From assembly GCA_965197925.1 (NCBI GenBank), contig CBDAOC010000020.1:64001-128000 (forward strand): 64,000 bases of DNA, in the 5' to 3' direction. Below the pieces are notes generated by a model. It did not search any database. It was not told the origin of the DNA and was given only the letters and a program-made list of their open reading frames with translations. How positions within the stretch are numbered: the first letter of the stretch is position 1; the number at the start of each line of letters is the position of its first letter. The DNA is from Nitrososphaerales archaeon (GTDB lineage: Archaea > Thermoproteota > Nitrososphaeria > Nitrososphaerales > UBA213). A program made the position numbers and the translations under genes. This document shows positions 22,207-32,991 of this stretch, piece by piece.

Positions 22207-23161
22207 GGCTCTGTAGAAATCATACCATAACACTCGATCTGTGCTTATTGTAGACTATTCTGAACATCAGTTTTCCTATTCTACATCATCACCAGTCTTG
22301 ATGCTATATGCTCACCAAAAGTGTATTACCACAGACATTATCGTCTCATCCTGTTTCTTTGATGGTATAACCGTGTAAAGAACCTCTCATTCATTTGCTT
22401 TCTGGATCTTTCATCCGTCCGCCATACTGGAACACTTCATATCTAGCTGTTATGATACTAACAGCATCAAGTTCTTCACCTACAAATTCATGATTTGCTT
22501 CTCTATCATAGAATTTATCTTCTACAACGATAGATAATGGCGTTATGTTTGATGTTCTTTCCATAATGGGTTTGAAATCTAAGGTATCATACTTGGGAGC
22601 ACCCCTGATCTTTAATGAACATACTGTTATCTCTCTTAATTCAACACCTATCGATAGCTTGGTGTATTTTTTCCTTATTTGTGCTCTTCCTGCGTAGTAT
22701 GATGATGCATTGCTCGATCTTATTCCAGACGCATCTATTCCTACCAATAATTTCCTAATCTTGGTGAGAAGTATGAATGAAGAATTTATTCTGTACAGTA
22801 GATACCATTTGAATCTTGAAGTAAATACCTGAAGCGTTGTATAATGTGGACACCTTGTCCAACTGCATAACCATTCTTAGATAATATGCTTCATGCAGGC
22901 ATTCCACAAACCCTCAATAGCTCTTCCCTTCATACTGCCTAACTGCTAGTAAGATGATATGTTGTCTTACCTTATTGATATGGCTGCTCTTCCTGTGCAT
23001 GTACAGCGGGATTCTAGCCTATATCAAGACATCAAGTATTGTTTTTGCAAGTTTGGCGTATCGCGATTCTTTCATGCATAAGCATGTATAGCATGTAACA
23101 CATTGATCTAATGGTGCAATTCGATATACAACGGGCTAAAATCTATGGTTTCTACAAAGCC
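22207..23161 (-). mobile_element. Degenerate IS5-family (ISH1-like) element with transposase pseudogene
   Basis: 18-bp TIRs GGCTCTGTAGAAATCATA / TATGGTTTCTACAAAGCC (16/18). Flanks ACTTTAAT / TCTTTAAT resemble an 8-bp TSD. Transposase from ATG 23075 (MKESRYAKLAK...HYTTLQ...GIDASG...DK.YD) has several stops. Confidence 0.85.
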
Positions 23162-23373
23162 TCTTTAATTGGATGTTTACAAATTCCAAACAATATTCCC
23201 AAAAAGTGTGAAGATTCTCGTTTCCGTGAGCTCGGATTACAGTATTTGGCCAGTTGTGTCAACTAATATTCAATTTAATTATTGTGGGCAACTAATCAGA
23301 AAGAATATAGATTACCAATTTATGTTAGCTATTAGATGCAAGAGATTTATCCGGAGAAAATTATACCTAAAGT

Positions 23374-23640
23374 ATGAATGAGAAACAAGTGCGTAGTATA
23401 TTAAGCCAGGTGGGAATGTTCATACGAAAAAAGTCTGAAGAAAATCTTACAACAAAATTTCCAACGTCTGAGTGGATGAGTGCATGGGAAACAAAAAGCA
23501 GTGATGGTGTTAACATAGTTTTTGCTATCCTACTTACAGAGGACGAGAAAGATGCCGCTCTGTTAAGGAATAAAATGAATGAATTTGCAGCTGTGGCAAA
23601 AATAACATTCAAAGGTCTCTACGAGATGGAAGAGGAATAA
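23374..23640 (+). CDS. Hypothetical protein (88 aa)
   Basis: ATG start, plausible composition. Confidence 0.65.
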   Translation: MNEKQVRSILSQVGMFIRKKSEENLTTKFPTSEWMSAWETKSSDGVNIVFAILLTEDEKDAALLRNKMNEFAAVAKITFKGLYEMEEE

Positions 23641-23806
23641 CATAAACTGATGTATGAGAATAGGCCGCTAGAAATTAATGCTAAGAATTCAATCAAAGGC
23701 AATGAACCTAATGGTTATTAAGAATCGATAATATTAATAGTTCTTTGTAGGCATGAAATCGACAAACCTAAAAAGACCTCTATAGTAATGAAAACGAAAT
23801 AATTTT

Positions 23807-24232
23807 ATGCTCGAAGACCCCATCAAGAAAATAAAGGTAGATCTTGAGAACCTAGCCAAACATGAGGAGAGACTAGATGTGGCATGGAAGACCTATGAGA
23901 AACTTAACGTAGATTCTTCAAAAGTAGAAGAGTACAAGTCACTAAAACTTGCTACAAAGTACTCACTCCAAGCATTCACGGAACTTCTTAGAATGCAGAT
24001 CCATATGATCGGAAGGATTTCACCAAGAATTGCTAATGATATAGAATCTGATTTGAACAAATGGCAGAAAAAGGCAATAAAAGAAGTTGAAGAACGGGGG
24101 TTAGATGAAGCGGACGAGCCTTATGCTGCTATTTCTGATTTAAGAAATAAAGTTCAACTAGTGCAAAGAGTTGTTCAGGACACAATAGAAACATTTGAGA
24201 ACAATCTTAGAGGTTATGAGCCTAATTCGTAA
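23807..24232 (+). CDS. Hypothetical helical/coiled-coil protein (141 aa)
   Basis: ATG start, charged amphipathic helices. Confidence 0.75.
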   Translation: MLEDPIKKIKVDLENLAKHEERLDVAWKTYEKLNVDSSKVEEYKSLKLATKYSLQAFTELLRMQIHMIGRISPRIANDIESDLNKWQKKAIKEVEERGLDEADEPYAAISDLRNKVQLVQRVVQDTIETFENNLRGYEPNS

Positions 24233-24330
24233 AAATATTTTCTGTTTATATTTACAAAAGAAGCATATTGGCAAAAGGCGAATACATTGTAAACTTATTG
24301 TTTAAGACCACATATTCTTATTTCTAAGAT

Positions 24331-24468
24331 ATGCCAATATGTATGCATTGTAAAAAGAATTTCAAGGATTTAGACAAACTAGTTTGCCACTTCTTTGGAG
24401 ATCATGATCTTAATATAAAGCAAGCCAGAAGTGCTATCAGAAAAACTGCACAAACAATCGAAGTCTAA
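24331..24468 (+). CDS. Small C2H2 zinc-finger protein (45 aa), missing from the ORF track
   Basis: MPICMHCKKNFKDLDKLVCHFFGDHDLNIKQARSAIRKTAQTIEV has C-x2-C-x3-F-x5-L-x2-H-x4-H. TATA-like TTTAAG lies 30 bp upstream. Confidence 0.8.
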   Translation: MPICMHCKKNFKDLDKLVCHFFGDHDLNIKQARSAIRKTAQTIEV

Positions 24469-24545
24469 CCCTAATCCTTACAAAATGAATCAAGCCTATT
24501 TTTGATTTTTATAACATATTCTGCCATTCTAATTTGTTATCCAGC

Positions 24546-25358
24546 TTATTTGTTATCCAGAATACCTAATTTCACTATCTCAATTCCATCCTTTTCCAGT
24601 GCGTCAGAAAGCAGATTCAGACCAATCGAATCACCCGCAAGATGGCCAAGTATAACAAGATTACCATTTACCTTATCCTCCTTCAATCTTGTCAAGTCTT
24701 CACCATTTATGTGCAAATAAATGACCGTTGATATACCATAATCAAAATATGCTTTGGCAACATGATAACCCCCATTGGTCCCGGCTGCTATAACCAATGC
24801 ATATTTACCAGTTTTGCTGGATGAATCTCCACATGGAATTTGTATTTCCGTTTCAGAATTTCTAAACTCATTTATTTTTTCAATAGCATCTTTCAAGTCT
24901 GAAACTACATTTATTTTGCTTGTCCCCAAGTGGGCAAGAATTGTCTGCCTCATCAGTTCGTCACAGGGTAAGTGTATGTTTAACAATGGCATCTCAAGCT
25001 TTTCGGCTGCCGCCACTGTGTGTGTATATATTGTTGCGTGGGACCGAAGAGCAATTCGTTCTTTCAATTTTCTTACAGCCTGTTCCGCAATATGCAAAGG
25101 TATACCATACTCGAGCATATACTCCACATGTCTATCAAAAACCAAGTGGAAGTTCAGTAATGATTTTCCTAGTGGGTGGTGTGTAATTACAGCGTCACAT
25201 CCCAAATTTTTTGCAAGTATCAGCTCTGACGGACTTGCATCTACACATAACAATATCTTGTTAATCTTCCTACCAGGAACATGAATTGCACTATCAGCTG
25301 GGATAGTTTTCATTTTGGCAAGTCTCAATGCCAAATCCATGATCTCCTGGGTTTCCAT
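24546..25358 (-). CDS. NIF3/YbgI-like dinuclear metal-centre protein
   Basis: DAVITHHP, NIHLPCD, GHLAGDS motifs. Confidence 0.85.
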   Translation of the reverse strand: METQEIMDLALRLAKMKTIPADSAIHVPGRKINKILLCVDASPSELILAKNLGCDAVITHHPLGKSLLNFHLVFDRHVEYMLEYGIPLHIAEQAVRKLKERIALRSHATIYTHTVAAAEKLEMPLLNIHLPCDELMRQTILAHLGTSKINVVSDLKDAIEKINEFRNSETEIQIPCGDSSSKTGKYALVIAAGTNGGYHVAKAYFDYGISTVIYLHINGEDLTRLKEDKVNGNLVILGHLAGDSIGLNLLSDALEKDGIEIVKLGILDNK

Positions 25359-25466
25359 ACAGTTAGTAGATACTTTCGGGTTTTAAAAATTATATATCCT
25401 TCAAAGAACGAATATGCGTTCTATACTTCCCCTACACTAGGGAAGTGATTATTTTTTACAATATTC

Positions 25467-25699
25467 CTGCCGTGTCGAATAATTAACCAGAAGATCGTGG
25501 ATGTTTGACGGAATGAGATTTTGATCAGTTATTATCATTGAGACTCAAGCCTATCTTTAGTGAACGTGTAAAGGCAGTAATATGGAAGAATATGGTAAAG
25601 AAACTAATGCTAAAAGCATCCATATACAACCAGTTCATTTCAATGAATCCCAAACGGTTTGGATAACTCCTATAATATGGTAATTATTCGACACAGCAG
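25467..25699 (+). mobile_element. MITE-like internally deleted IS (233 bp)
   Basis: Inverted ends CTGCCGTGTCGAATAATT / AATTATTCGACACAGCAG. Internal transposase tail IFSERVKAVIWKNMVKKLMLKASIYNQFISMNP. Confidence 0.75.
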
Positions 25700-25927
25700 A
25701 TATTACAATCATCTGATATATCATAATATAAAAACCGCCATAGAATATTTGATACGCATAAGCAACAATTGTCAAGGTTATCATATTGATAATGCTGGAT
25801 ATGTGTATCAGGTGTTTGGAGTGGCATTGATTATACTAGAACTAATAAGGAAATTTTAATGTAGAATTTCCTAATTTACTCTATCCACAATTGATTTTAT
25901 ATTTTTGGGGATTAATAATCTGGTATA

Positions 25928-26296
25928 TCAGTTCTGCATATCCATTCCCTGAAGGTATTTTGTTACACTAACACCTTCATTTGTATTAATAATTATCTTA
26001 GAAGCCTCCATTGATTTTGGGGTTATTAGGATTGACTCTCCGGCTTTAATTCTCTGTATACTAAGAATATCTTCGGGCCCCATGTCAATTATAACACCCG
26101 TAAGATCTTTACCACTATAATTTGTCAACTTAATACGTGTAAATTCAATCGCACCACTGGTTTCTGGTGTTTTGCCTTGAATAACATTCACATCCAGAGC
26201 TGGTTTTGGGGAAAAACCAAGTGTTAGAAAGGATGCCAAGATAACAACTCCTACACCTATGAATATCGCCATTAACTTTGCAGGTGTGGTCTTCAT
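25928..26296 (-). CDS. Membrane-anchored hypothetical protein
   Basis: N-terminal TM/signal followed by a beta-rich domain. Confidence 0.75.
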   Translation of the reverse strand: MKTTPAKLMAIFIGVGVVILASFLTLGFSPKPALDVNVIQGKTPETSGAIEFTRIKLTNYSGKDLTGVIIDMGPEDILSIQRIKAGESILITPKSMEASKIIINTNEGVSVTKYLQGMDMQN

Positions 26297-26398
26297 GACT
26301 TTTAATCTTTGTAAGCCCCATAAATAACTAAGTAAAGGTCAACATTTTATTCACTCTATTAATTGCGATAATTGTCTGGTCTCAATGTTTTAAATGCA

Positions 26399-26956
26399 TT
26401 ACTCATTAATATTTTCTCTCCTTTTCTTCAAGATTATCAAAACTCTTCCTGCAGCAAGGCCAAAGACAAAACCACCTATATGTGCGAAGTAAGCTATCGA
26501 AGATCCTCCGTAAATAGCAAACGGTATCTGTGCGATCAGCCAAAATATTGCTAACCTATCGCCATGCGCAGCCGCTATACCAATGACCCCAGAAATAGCT
26601 CCTGAAGCACCCACAACCGGTACATCAATACCGTTGAGACTTATCAGGGTGTAAGCTGAATGTAGAGCCGTACCAGCAAAACCTGAGGCGAAATATACTA
26701 TTGTAAACACCTTCGACCCTATATGGGGTTCCAATATACGCCCTAGTGATATAAGTGCAATCATATTAAATGCTATATGTGTCGTATTAGCATGCAAAAA
26801 CATAGATGAAAGTGAGGCAGTGAGAAACGAATAGGGATTAGTAAGTAATTCAATGGGTATTAAAGCAAACTCATATATCGCATTTCCATAAAAATATGTT
26901 GTAACGAATATCAAAACGTTGACCAATGAGAGTGCAATAGTTACTGGTGCCCACAT
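26399..26956 (-). CDS. Rhomboid intramembrane serine protease
   Basis: MFLH..HI.FNM, GASGA (catalytic Ser), AHIGG (catalytic His). Confidence 0.93.
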   Translation of the reverse strand: MWAPVTIALSLVNVLIFVTTYFYGNAIYEFALIPIELLTNPYSFLTASLSSMFLHANTTHIAFNMIALISLGRILEPHIGSKVFTIVYFASGFAGTALHSAYTLISLNGIDVPVVGASGAISGVIGIAAAHGDRLAIFWLIAQIPFAIYGGSSIAYFAHIGGFVFGLAAGRVLIILKKRRENINE

Positions 26957-27008
26957 TGTTTAACTAGAATTATTTACCTATATTATAGAGTATTTGAAAG
27001 TTTTGTAA

Positions 27009-28511
27009 TCAAAGAGTCATGAATTGGTCAAGGGTAGTCTTCTTTGTTTGCATCATTCTATTCATTTTACTCACCAACTCCTTTGATTCCCTCATCTTTC
27101 TCTTACTTATCCAATAGTAAGCTTCGTCAAGAGTATCTTTAGTTATCAACACCACCACTCTTCCAGAAGCTTTCCTACCAGTCCTTCCTTTCCGCTGAAC
27201 AAATCTTATGGCGCTTGGAACATTATCATAAAAGACTACCAGATTGCATTCTGATATATCAAGACCTTCTTCACCTACCTGAGTTGCTACAAGTATTTTA
27301 TATCTACCATCTCTGAATTTGTTGACGGTCTCAATCTGTTCCCTCTGTTTCAATCCATATTTACCAGCTTTACCAATTAGGTAACCGGTACTGAATCCAG
27401 CATCTCTTAATTTGTTACATATTGTTTCAACAGAATCCCTATAACTGGCAAAAACAAGAATCTTACTTTCCTCGCCTTGTAGTATCTCTTTCAACTTTCC
27501 AACCTTGGGATGTTCAACACCTGCTGTCACTGCTTCGATAGCCAATTGGTAGGCAGTCTTAAAGTTTGCATCATGAATTAGTTCTTTGATAGCAACACCA
27601 CCCTTTCCTTCAAGCCTTTCGTAAAACCTCAAAAAGGGGGTTAATCCCTGCGTATCCAGAATATTAAGAGCGTGACTAATTCTGATGGCTGTGTATAATG
27701 TCTTAACTGCACCTTTATTGATGCGAGTAATATTATGTAACGCCCTAATTAGCTCACTTCTTGACGCCTTTGTGTTTTTTATAACACATTTTTGAACGAG
27801 TTCGCGGATTCTTGGCTCCAGTGCTGCTACTATACTTGATCTGATTTGTTTAAGAACTGCTGACAATTCAACATGGATCCATTCAACTCTGGTTTGCTGT
27901 ATATATTGTCTTACGTCCTGACTAGTCTCGTCCTTAAATGATACTTTTTTTATGCCAAGATTATTCACAATCTCACTTGCTTTTGCCTTATCACTGGGTA
28001 TTGTAGCAGTCATACCAACTATGTGGGGTTTGTATATATTGAACATATTTGCTATGCCACAATATGCATACTTTCCTATTGCTCGATGGGCCTCATCAAA
28101 TATTATGAGTGCAATGTCTTGGAGTTTGATAATTCCACGTTTCAGATCCTTTAGAGCTGTTTGGGGAGTGGCACATACAATTCTATTATCCCATACCCTT
28201 TCCCGTTTGGTCTGGTCGCTCTCACCGGTGACCATGGATATATCAACATTATCCAGGAATTTTTGCAGTGATGTGAAATGCTGATGAATCAAAACTCTCG
28301 TGGGTGCAAGAAATAAACATTTGCCATCGGTTTTGGTTAGTTTTTCTGCCATTATGAGCAAGGCAATTGTAGTTTTACCAAGACCAGTGGGAAGAACGAT
28401 CAGTGTATGGGTTTCTAACGCAGTTTTTACCATCGAAATTTGGTAACCACGTTTTTCTACACTAGCAGGTTTGATCAACTTTTGAACGACCCAGATATTT
28501 TCAGAATTCAA
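27009..28511 (-). CDS. Hef/FANCM-like SF2 helicase without nuclease domain
   Basis: PTGLGKT, DEAH, TAT, EEGLDI, QRKGRTGR. C-terminal PIP-like TTLDQF. Confidence 0.9.
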   Translation of the reverse strand: MNSENIWVVQKLIKPASVEKRGYQISMVKTALETHTLIVLPTGLGKTTIALLIMAEKLTKTDGKCLFLAPTRVLIHQHFTSLQKFLDNVDISMVTGESDQTKRERVWDNRIVCATPQTALKDLKRGIIKLQDIALIIFDEAHRAIGKYAYCGIANMFNIYKPHIVGMTATIPSDKAKASEIVNNLGIKKVSFKDETSQDVRQYIQQTRVEWIHVELSAVLKQIRSSIVAALEPRIRELVQKCVIKNTKASRSELIRALHNITRINKGAVKTLYTAIRISHALNILDTQGLTPFLRFYERLEGKGGVAIKELIHDANFKTAYQLAIEAVTAGVEHPKVGKLKEILQGEESKILVFASYRDSVETICNKLRDAGFSTGYLIGKAGKYGLKQREQIETVNKFRDGRYKILVATQVGEEGLDISECNLVVFYDNVPSAIRFVQRKGRTGRKASGRVVVLITKDTLDEAYYWISKRKMRESKELVSKMNRMMQTKKTTLDQFMTL

Positions 28512-28627
28512 TTTTACAATATACCTTAGAAAATACAGTGTAAAAAGCTTGCAGCGCGTTCTTATTAAGCAAGTTATTGCGATCCATTAATTAGTATGAG
28601 AGCCTAAAGATTATCCGAGGGGTTAAT

Positions 28628-31207
28628 ATGCAAATGACTAGTAAGTTTAATCTGAAACAACGAATAAGAGACCTATCCCAAGATACACAAGATCTTGATC
28701 CGTCATTATTAGTATCTGCGACATATGATGGTGAAAATAAGCGAACTATATTGAAGTTTTACAATTCTGCAAGCCAGAGAATATATCTTTGGTATGATAA
28801 TACACAGCACAAGCCCTACTGCTACACAAAAATGCAAATAGATGAATTGGAAAGCATTAGGAAAAGGCCGGATATACGTGCCATCGAAACGGAGCAAAAA
28901 TATGATCTGCTTAATGATAGACAAATTAACCTTACAAAAATAATTGCAGAAGATCCATTGGCAATTGGAGGGACATCAACGGACAAGAGTATAAGGAATG
29001 TAGTAGAAGCTTGGGAGGCTGATATCAAATACTATGAGAATTATCTTTATGATAGGAAATTGATTGTAGGTACATATTATGCCATTAGAAATGGCACACT
29101 TGTACAACACACTTACAAGGTATCGGAACAGGTAGAGCTGGCACTGAAGAGTTTGGTGTGGGACAAGATAACTGAAAATGTTGGTAAGGATATGGGTGAT
29201 GAAACACACAAATATATCACCGAGTGGGCTGGATTGCTCAACCAACCAATACCTGAGATCAAAAGGATTGCATTAGATATAGAAGTTATGTCCGAAGAGG
29301 GTCGAATTCCAGATACCAAGAGTGTTGAGAACGAGGTTATCGCGGTTTCATTTGTCGGCAACGACAAATTAAATGAAGTCCTTATTCTAACAAATCCAAA
29401 ATCACAATTTGGAGAAAATAAACTTGATCCCAACATCACTGTTGAATTTTATGATGATGAAAAGGAATTACTGCGGAATACTTTCAACAGGATTCTGGAC
29501 TATCCTTTCATTATTACATTCAACGGTGATGATTTTGATATGCCCTACCTCTACAACAGGGCACTAAGACTAGGATTATCAAAGGATGAAATTCCCTTGG
29601 TATTACAAAGAAATGCAGTTACGCTCAAACATGGAGTGCACATAGATCTGTACCGAACATTTTCAAATCGTTCAATACAGGGTTATGCATTCAATCACAA
29701 GTATTCGGAACATACTCTAAATGCTGTTAGTAAAGGTTTGATTAATGAATCAAAATTAGTTTTTGATGGGGAGATAAATGACCTTGTTCTTTACGAACTT
29801 GCAAGTTACTGTCATAACGACTCACGATTGACTCTTAAACTCACTAGTTTCAGCAATGAACTACTCATAAAATTACTTGTGGTTGTCTCACGAGTTGGAA
29901 GGATGCCAATAGATGATATTTCTAGACTGGGAGTCTCGCAATGGATAAGGAGCATGCTTTACTTTGAGCATAGGAAAGAGAATGTACTGATACCACGGAG
30001 AGAGGAATTGGAGATGAAGAGTCAAACATCCACTTCAGCGATAATCAAGGATAAGAAGTACAGAGGGGGGTTAGTAGTAGAACCAAAAACTGGTGTACAT
30101 TTCAATGTTGTTGTGCTTGACTTCGCAAGTCTGTACCCAAGTATTATCAAAGTGTATAATCTATCTTATGAAACAGTTAGGTGTGTACATGATGAGTGCA
30201 AGTCAAACATCATTCCGGAGACAGATCATTGGGTTTGCAAAAAGAGAAATGGTATGGAATCGCTATTAATAGGTTCATTAAGGGACTTGAGGGTCAATTA
30301 TTACAAACGTTTATCCAAAGAGGAGTCATTGTCGAGTCACGAAAAAGATCTCTATAGTGTGATAAGCCAAGCACTTAAAGTCATTTTGAATGCCAGTTAT
30401 GGGGTAATGGGGGCGGAAATATTTCCGCTATATTGCCTGCCAGTTGCAGAGGCAACAGCTTCCATAGGCAGGTATACTATCACGCGAACAATTGAGAAGT
30501 GTAAGGAATTGGAGATAGAGGTTGTATATGGCGATACGGACTCATTATTTCTTAAAAGCCCATCAAAGTCACAGATAGATTCTATTGAAACTTGGGTAAA
30601 GCAGGAACTCAGTGTAGATTTAGATATTGATAAACAGTATCGTTATGTTGCTTTTAGTGAGAGGAAGAAAAACTATCTAGGTGTACAAGAGGATGGTAGT
30701 GTAGATGTAAAAGGTTTGACAGGGAAGAAGAGCCATACACCTCCATTCATAAGAAATGCTTTTTATGCTGTTGTAGATAAGCTTAGCAAGGTCTGTTCTG
30801 AAGCTGATTTCGAAGTTGCTAGAGATGAGATCAAGAAGATCATAAAGGATAATGCTACGAAACTCAGAGCAAAAGAAATTCCTCTAAACGAACTCGCTTT
30901 CAATGTAATGGCAGGTAAATCACCAAGTGAATATAAAAAGACAATACCTCAGCACATCAGGGCCGCTGAAATTCTTGAAAGAACCGGCAAAAGAGAGATT
31001 AAAGCAGGAGATATTATATCCTTCATAAAGATAGCTGTTCCTCCTGGAGTGAAGCCGGTAGAACTTGCGAAATCTGATGAAATAGATACACAAAAATATT
31101 TAGAATATATGGAAAGTACGTTTGATCAGATATTGTCCGCATTAGGTTACGATTTTGATGTTATTCTTGGAGCATCAAAACTTGAGGATTTTTTCTTTAC
31201 AAATTAA
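28628..31207 (+). CDS. polB: Family B DNA polymerase (PolB1 type)
   Basis: Exo DIE and FNGDDFD; DFASLYPS, KVILNASYG, YGDTDS; PIP-like KLEDFF. Confidence 0.96.
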   Translation: MQMTSKFNLKQRIRDLSQDTQDLDPSLLVSATYDGENKRTILKFYNSASQRIYLWYDNTQHKPYCYTKMQIDELESIRKRPDIRAIETEQKYDLLNDRQINLTKIIAEDPLAIGGTSTDKSIRNVVEAWEADIKYYENYLYDRKLIVGTYYAIRNGTLVQHTYKVSEQVELALKSLVWDKITENVGKDMGDETHKYITEWAGLLNQPIPEIKRIALDIEVMSEEGRIPDTKSVENEVIAVSFVGNDKLNEVLILTNPKSQFGENKLDPNITVEFYDDEKELLRNTFNRILDYPFIITFNGDDFDMPYLYNRALRLGLSKDEIPLVLQRNAVTLKHGVHIDLYRTFSNRSIQGYAFNHKYSEHTLNAVSKGLINESKLVFDGEINDLVLYELASYCHNDSRLTLKLTSFSNELLIKLLVVVSRVGRMPIDDISRLGVSQWIRSMLYFEHRKENVLIPRREELEMKSQTSTSAIIKDKKYRGGLVVEPKTGVHFNVVVLDFASLYPSIIKVYNLSYETVRCVHDECKSNIIPETDHWVCKKRNGMESLLIGSLRDLRVNYYKRLSKEESLSSHEKDLYSVISQALKVILNASYGVMGAEIFPLYCLPVAEATASIGRYTITRTIEKCKELEIEVVYGDTDSLFLKSPSKSQIDSIETWVKQELSVDLDIDKQYRYVAFSERKKNYLGVQEDGSVDVKGLTGKKSHTPPFIRNAFYAVVDKLSKVCSEADFEVARDEIKKIIKDNATKLRAKEIPLNELAFNVMAGKSPSEYKKTIPQHIRAAEILERTGKREIKAGDIISFIKIAVPPGVKPVELAKSDEIDTQKYLEYMESTFDQILSALGYDFDVILGASKLEDFFFTN

Positions 31208-31376
31208 TAAATTACTGATTTAAAAAATCTTATAAGTAATGGTTCTTGATGATAATAGGACGTAGATGCAGGTATATGAAAAAATCCCAATTAAAATGAT
31301 GATAGGTCACTTTAATTATAGAGACTTTTATCCGAGTGAAGTTTATTGTTTGTTTAATAGTGGGAGATGAATCAGG

Positions 31377-32483
31377 ATGGAAGATACTGACTTTAGACAC
31401 TCCTTCACGGGTAAGAAGATACCTCATGCTAGAATTGATCAAGACATGAATATTTCTCAATTGATTGAACTATATGCTTCTGCGGGATATAATGCGAGAA
31501 AGCTTGGCGAAGCTGCAGAATTGTTTTATAGAATGATTGATGATGATGCTACTATTTGCCTTACTATTTCAGGAGCGATAACACCTATAGGCTACGGCGG
31601 TTTGGTAAAAGAATTAATTGAAACAGGATTTGTAGATTGGATAATTTCTACGGGTGCTAATATCTATCATGAAGATCATTTTGCATGGGATCTTCCAATA
31701 AGACAGGGACATCACGAAGTGGATGATGATGTTTTGTATAACAAGGACATTGTAAGAATTTATGATGTGTTTATTAAAGGAGAAGGTACGTTACAGGAAC
31801 AAGACAAAGTATTGCAGAGCGCATTCAGGAATGAACTACAAGGCAAAAGCTTTACAACTGCGGAATTTTCACGTTTAATGGGTAAACAATCTAAGAAATC
31901 CAAATACCCTGAAAATTCGTTCCTCGCAGCTGCCTATGACTACGATGTACCTGTGTATGTATCAACTTTAAAGGACTCATCTCTTGCGTTAGATCTCATG
32001 CCCCTAAGGCTTGAAGGCAAGCTTTTTCTTCTTGATTTTGTTAGAGAGGTTTTCGAACAAGCTTCTATAGTGTACAATTCCGAAAAGTCTGGAGCTCTTG
32101 AAATAGGTGGAGGTGTACCCAAAAACACAGTCCAACAGACTGGGCCTGCACTTGATCAGATCCTACAGGTCAATCATGGAGGTTTAAATTATATCATCCA
32201 GTTGACTGATGCCAGACCTGATACCGGTGGATTATCAGGTGCTACATTACAAGAAGGAAAGAGCTGGGGTAAGGTGAAAACCTCTCATACAAATCTTGTA
32301 ACTGTATATGGTGATGCGTCCATTTCATTCCCTCTGCTATGTGCATATGCAATTTCGAAACACGAACGCAGGCACCCGAAACGACTGTATACTAAATTAG
32401 CTGATTACGCTGACAAGTTAAAAACAGTTTATGAAAGGGGGAAGAAACCAGAGAGTAAGATAAAAGGTTCAATAGGCAAATAA
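31377..32483 (+). CDS. Deoxyhypusine synthase-like protein (SpeY/homospermidine-synthase-like paralogue)
   Basis: STGANIYHEDH, GGGVPKN, DARPDTGGLSGAT, EGKSWGK. Confidence 0.88.
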   Translation: MEDTDFRHSFTGKKIPHARIDQDMNISQLIELYASAGYNARKLGEAAELFYRMIDDDATICLTISGAITPIGYGGLVKELIETGFVDWIISTGANIYHEDHFAWDLPIRQGHHEVDDDVLYNKDIVRIYDVFIKGEGTLQEQDKVLQSAFRNELQGKSFTTAEFSRLMGKQSKKSKYPENSFLAAAYDYDVPVYVSTLKDSSLALDLMPLRLEGKLFLLDFVREVFEQASIVYNSEKSGALEIGGGVPKNTVQQTGPALDQILQVNHGGLNYIIQLTDARPDTGGLSGATLQEGKSWGKVKTSHTNLVTVYGDASISFPLLCAYAISKHERRHPKRLYTKLADYADKLKTVYERGKKPESKIKGSIGK

Positions 32484-32991
32484 TCCCTTGCGTATAAGAA
32501 ATTCTTGAACTATTATTGTCATTATTCTTCCTAGTGACCAGAAGTGATAAAATCACATTTATACCATTGTTGAGTGATCGCGCTTCCAGAGGGATGTTCT
32601 TACAATACTGGTAGACAATAGTTTTCAAAATAGTTATATCGATTGTGTCAACCAAGTTCCTAATTTTCTTCTATTTTCTTGTCCACGTATCCACTCACAA
32701 TGGTAGTAACATCTCTAGAGATCACACCCAAGCCGTCAGTAATTCACTTCGTGAGCGGTTGCTTCCAGAAGGGATTGTACTTCCTAAATGTATTCGCCAT
32801 ACAGAAAAAATATTTTCTATTCCTGTAGGAGAGAAATGAACTTAATTATCAATAATTTTTCCTAACATTAGAATGATATTCTAAGAATAATATTTACAAG
32901 AGCAATCTAGTACTAAATATTATGTCATCAAATAAGGTTTGAAAACTAGAAATAAGTCTACATTTTATCTTTAGAGCAAGGGGAAGAGTGC

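Noticed and set aside
32484..32839. Possible transposase relic (ITDGL on the minus strand)
   Set aside because: Too degraded; no TIRs or further motifs found.
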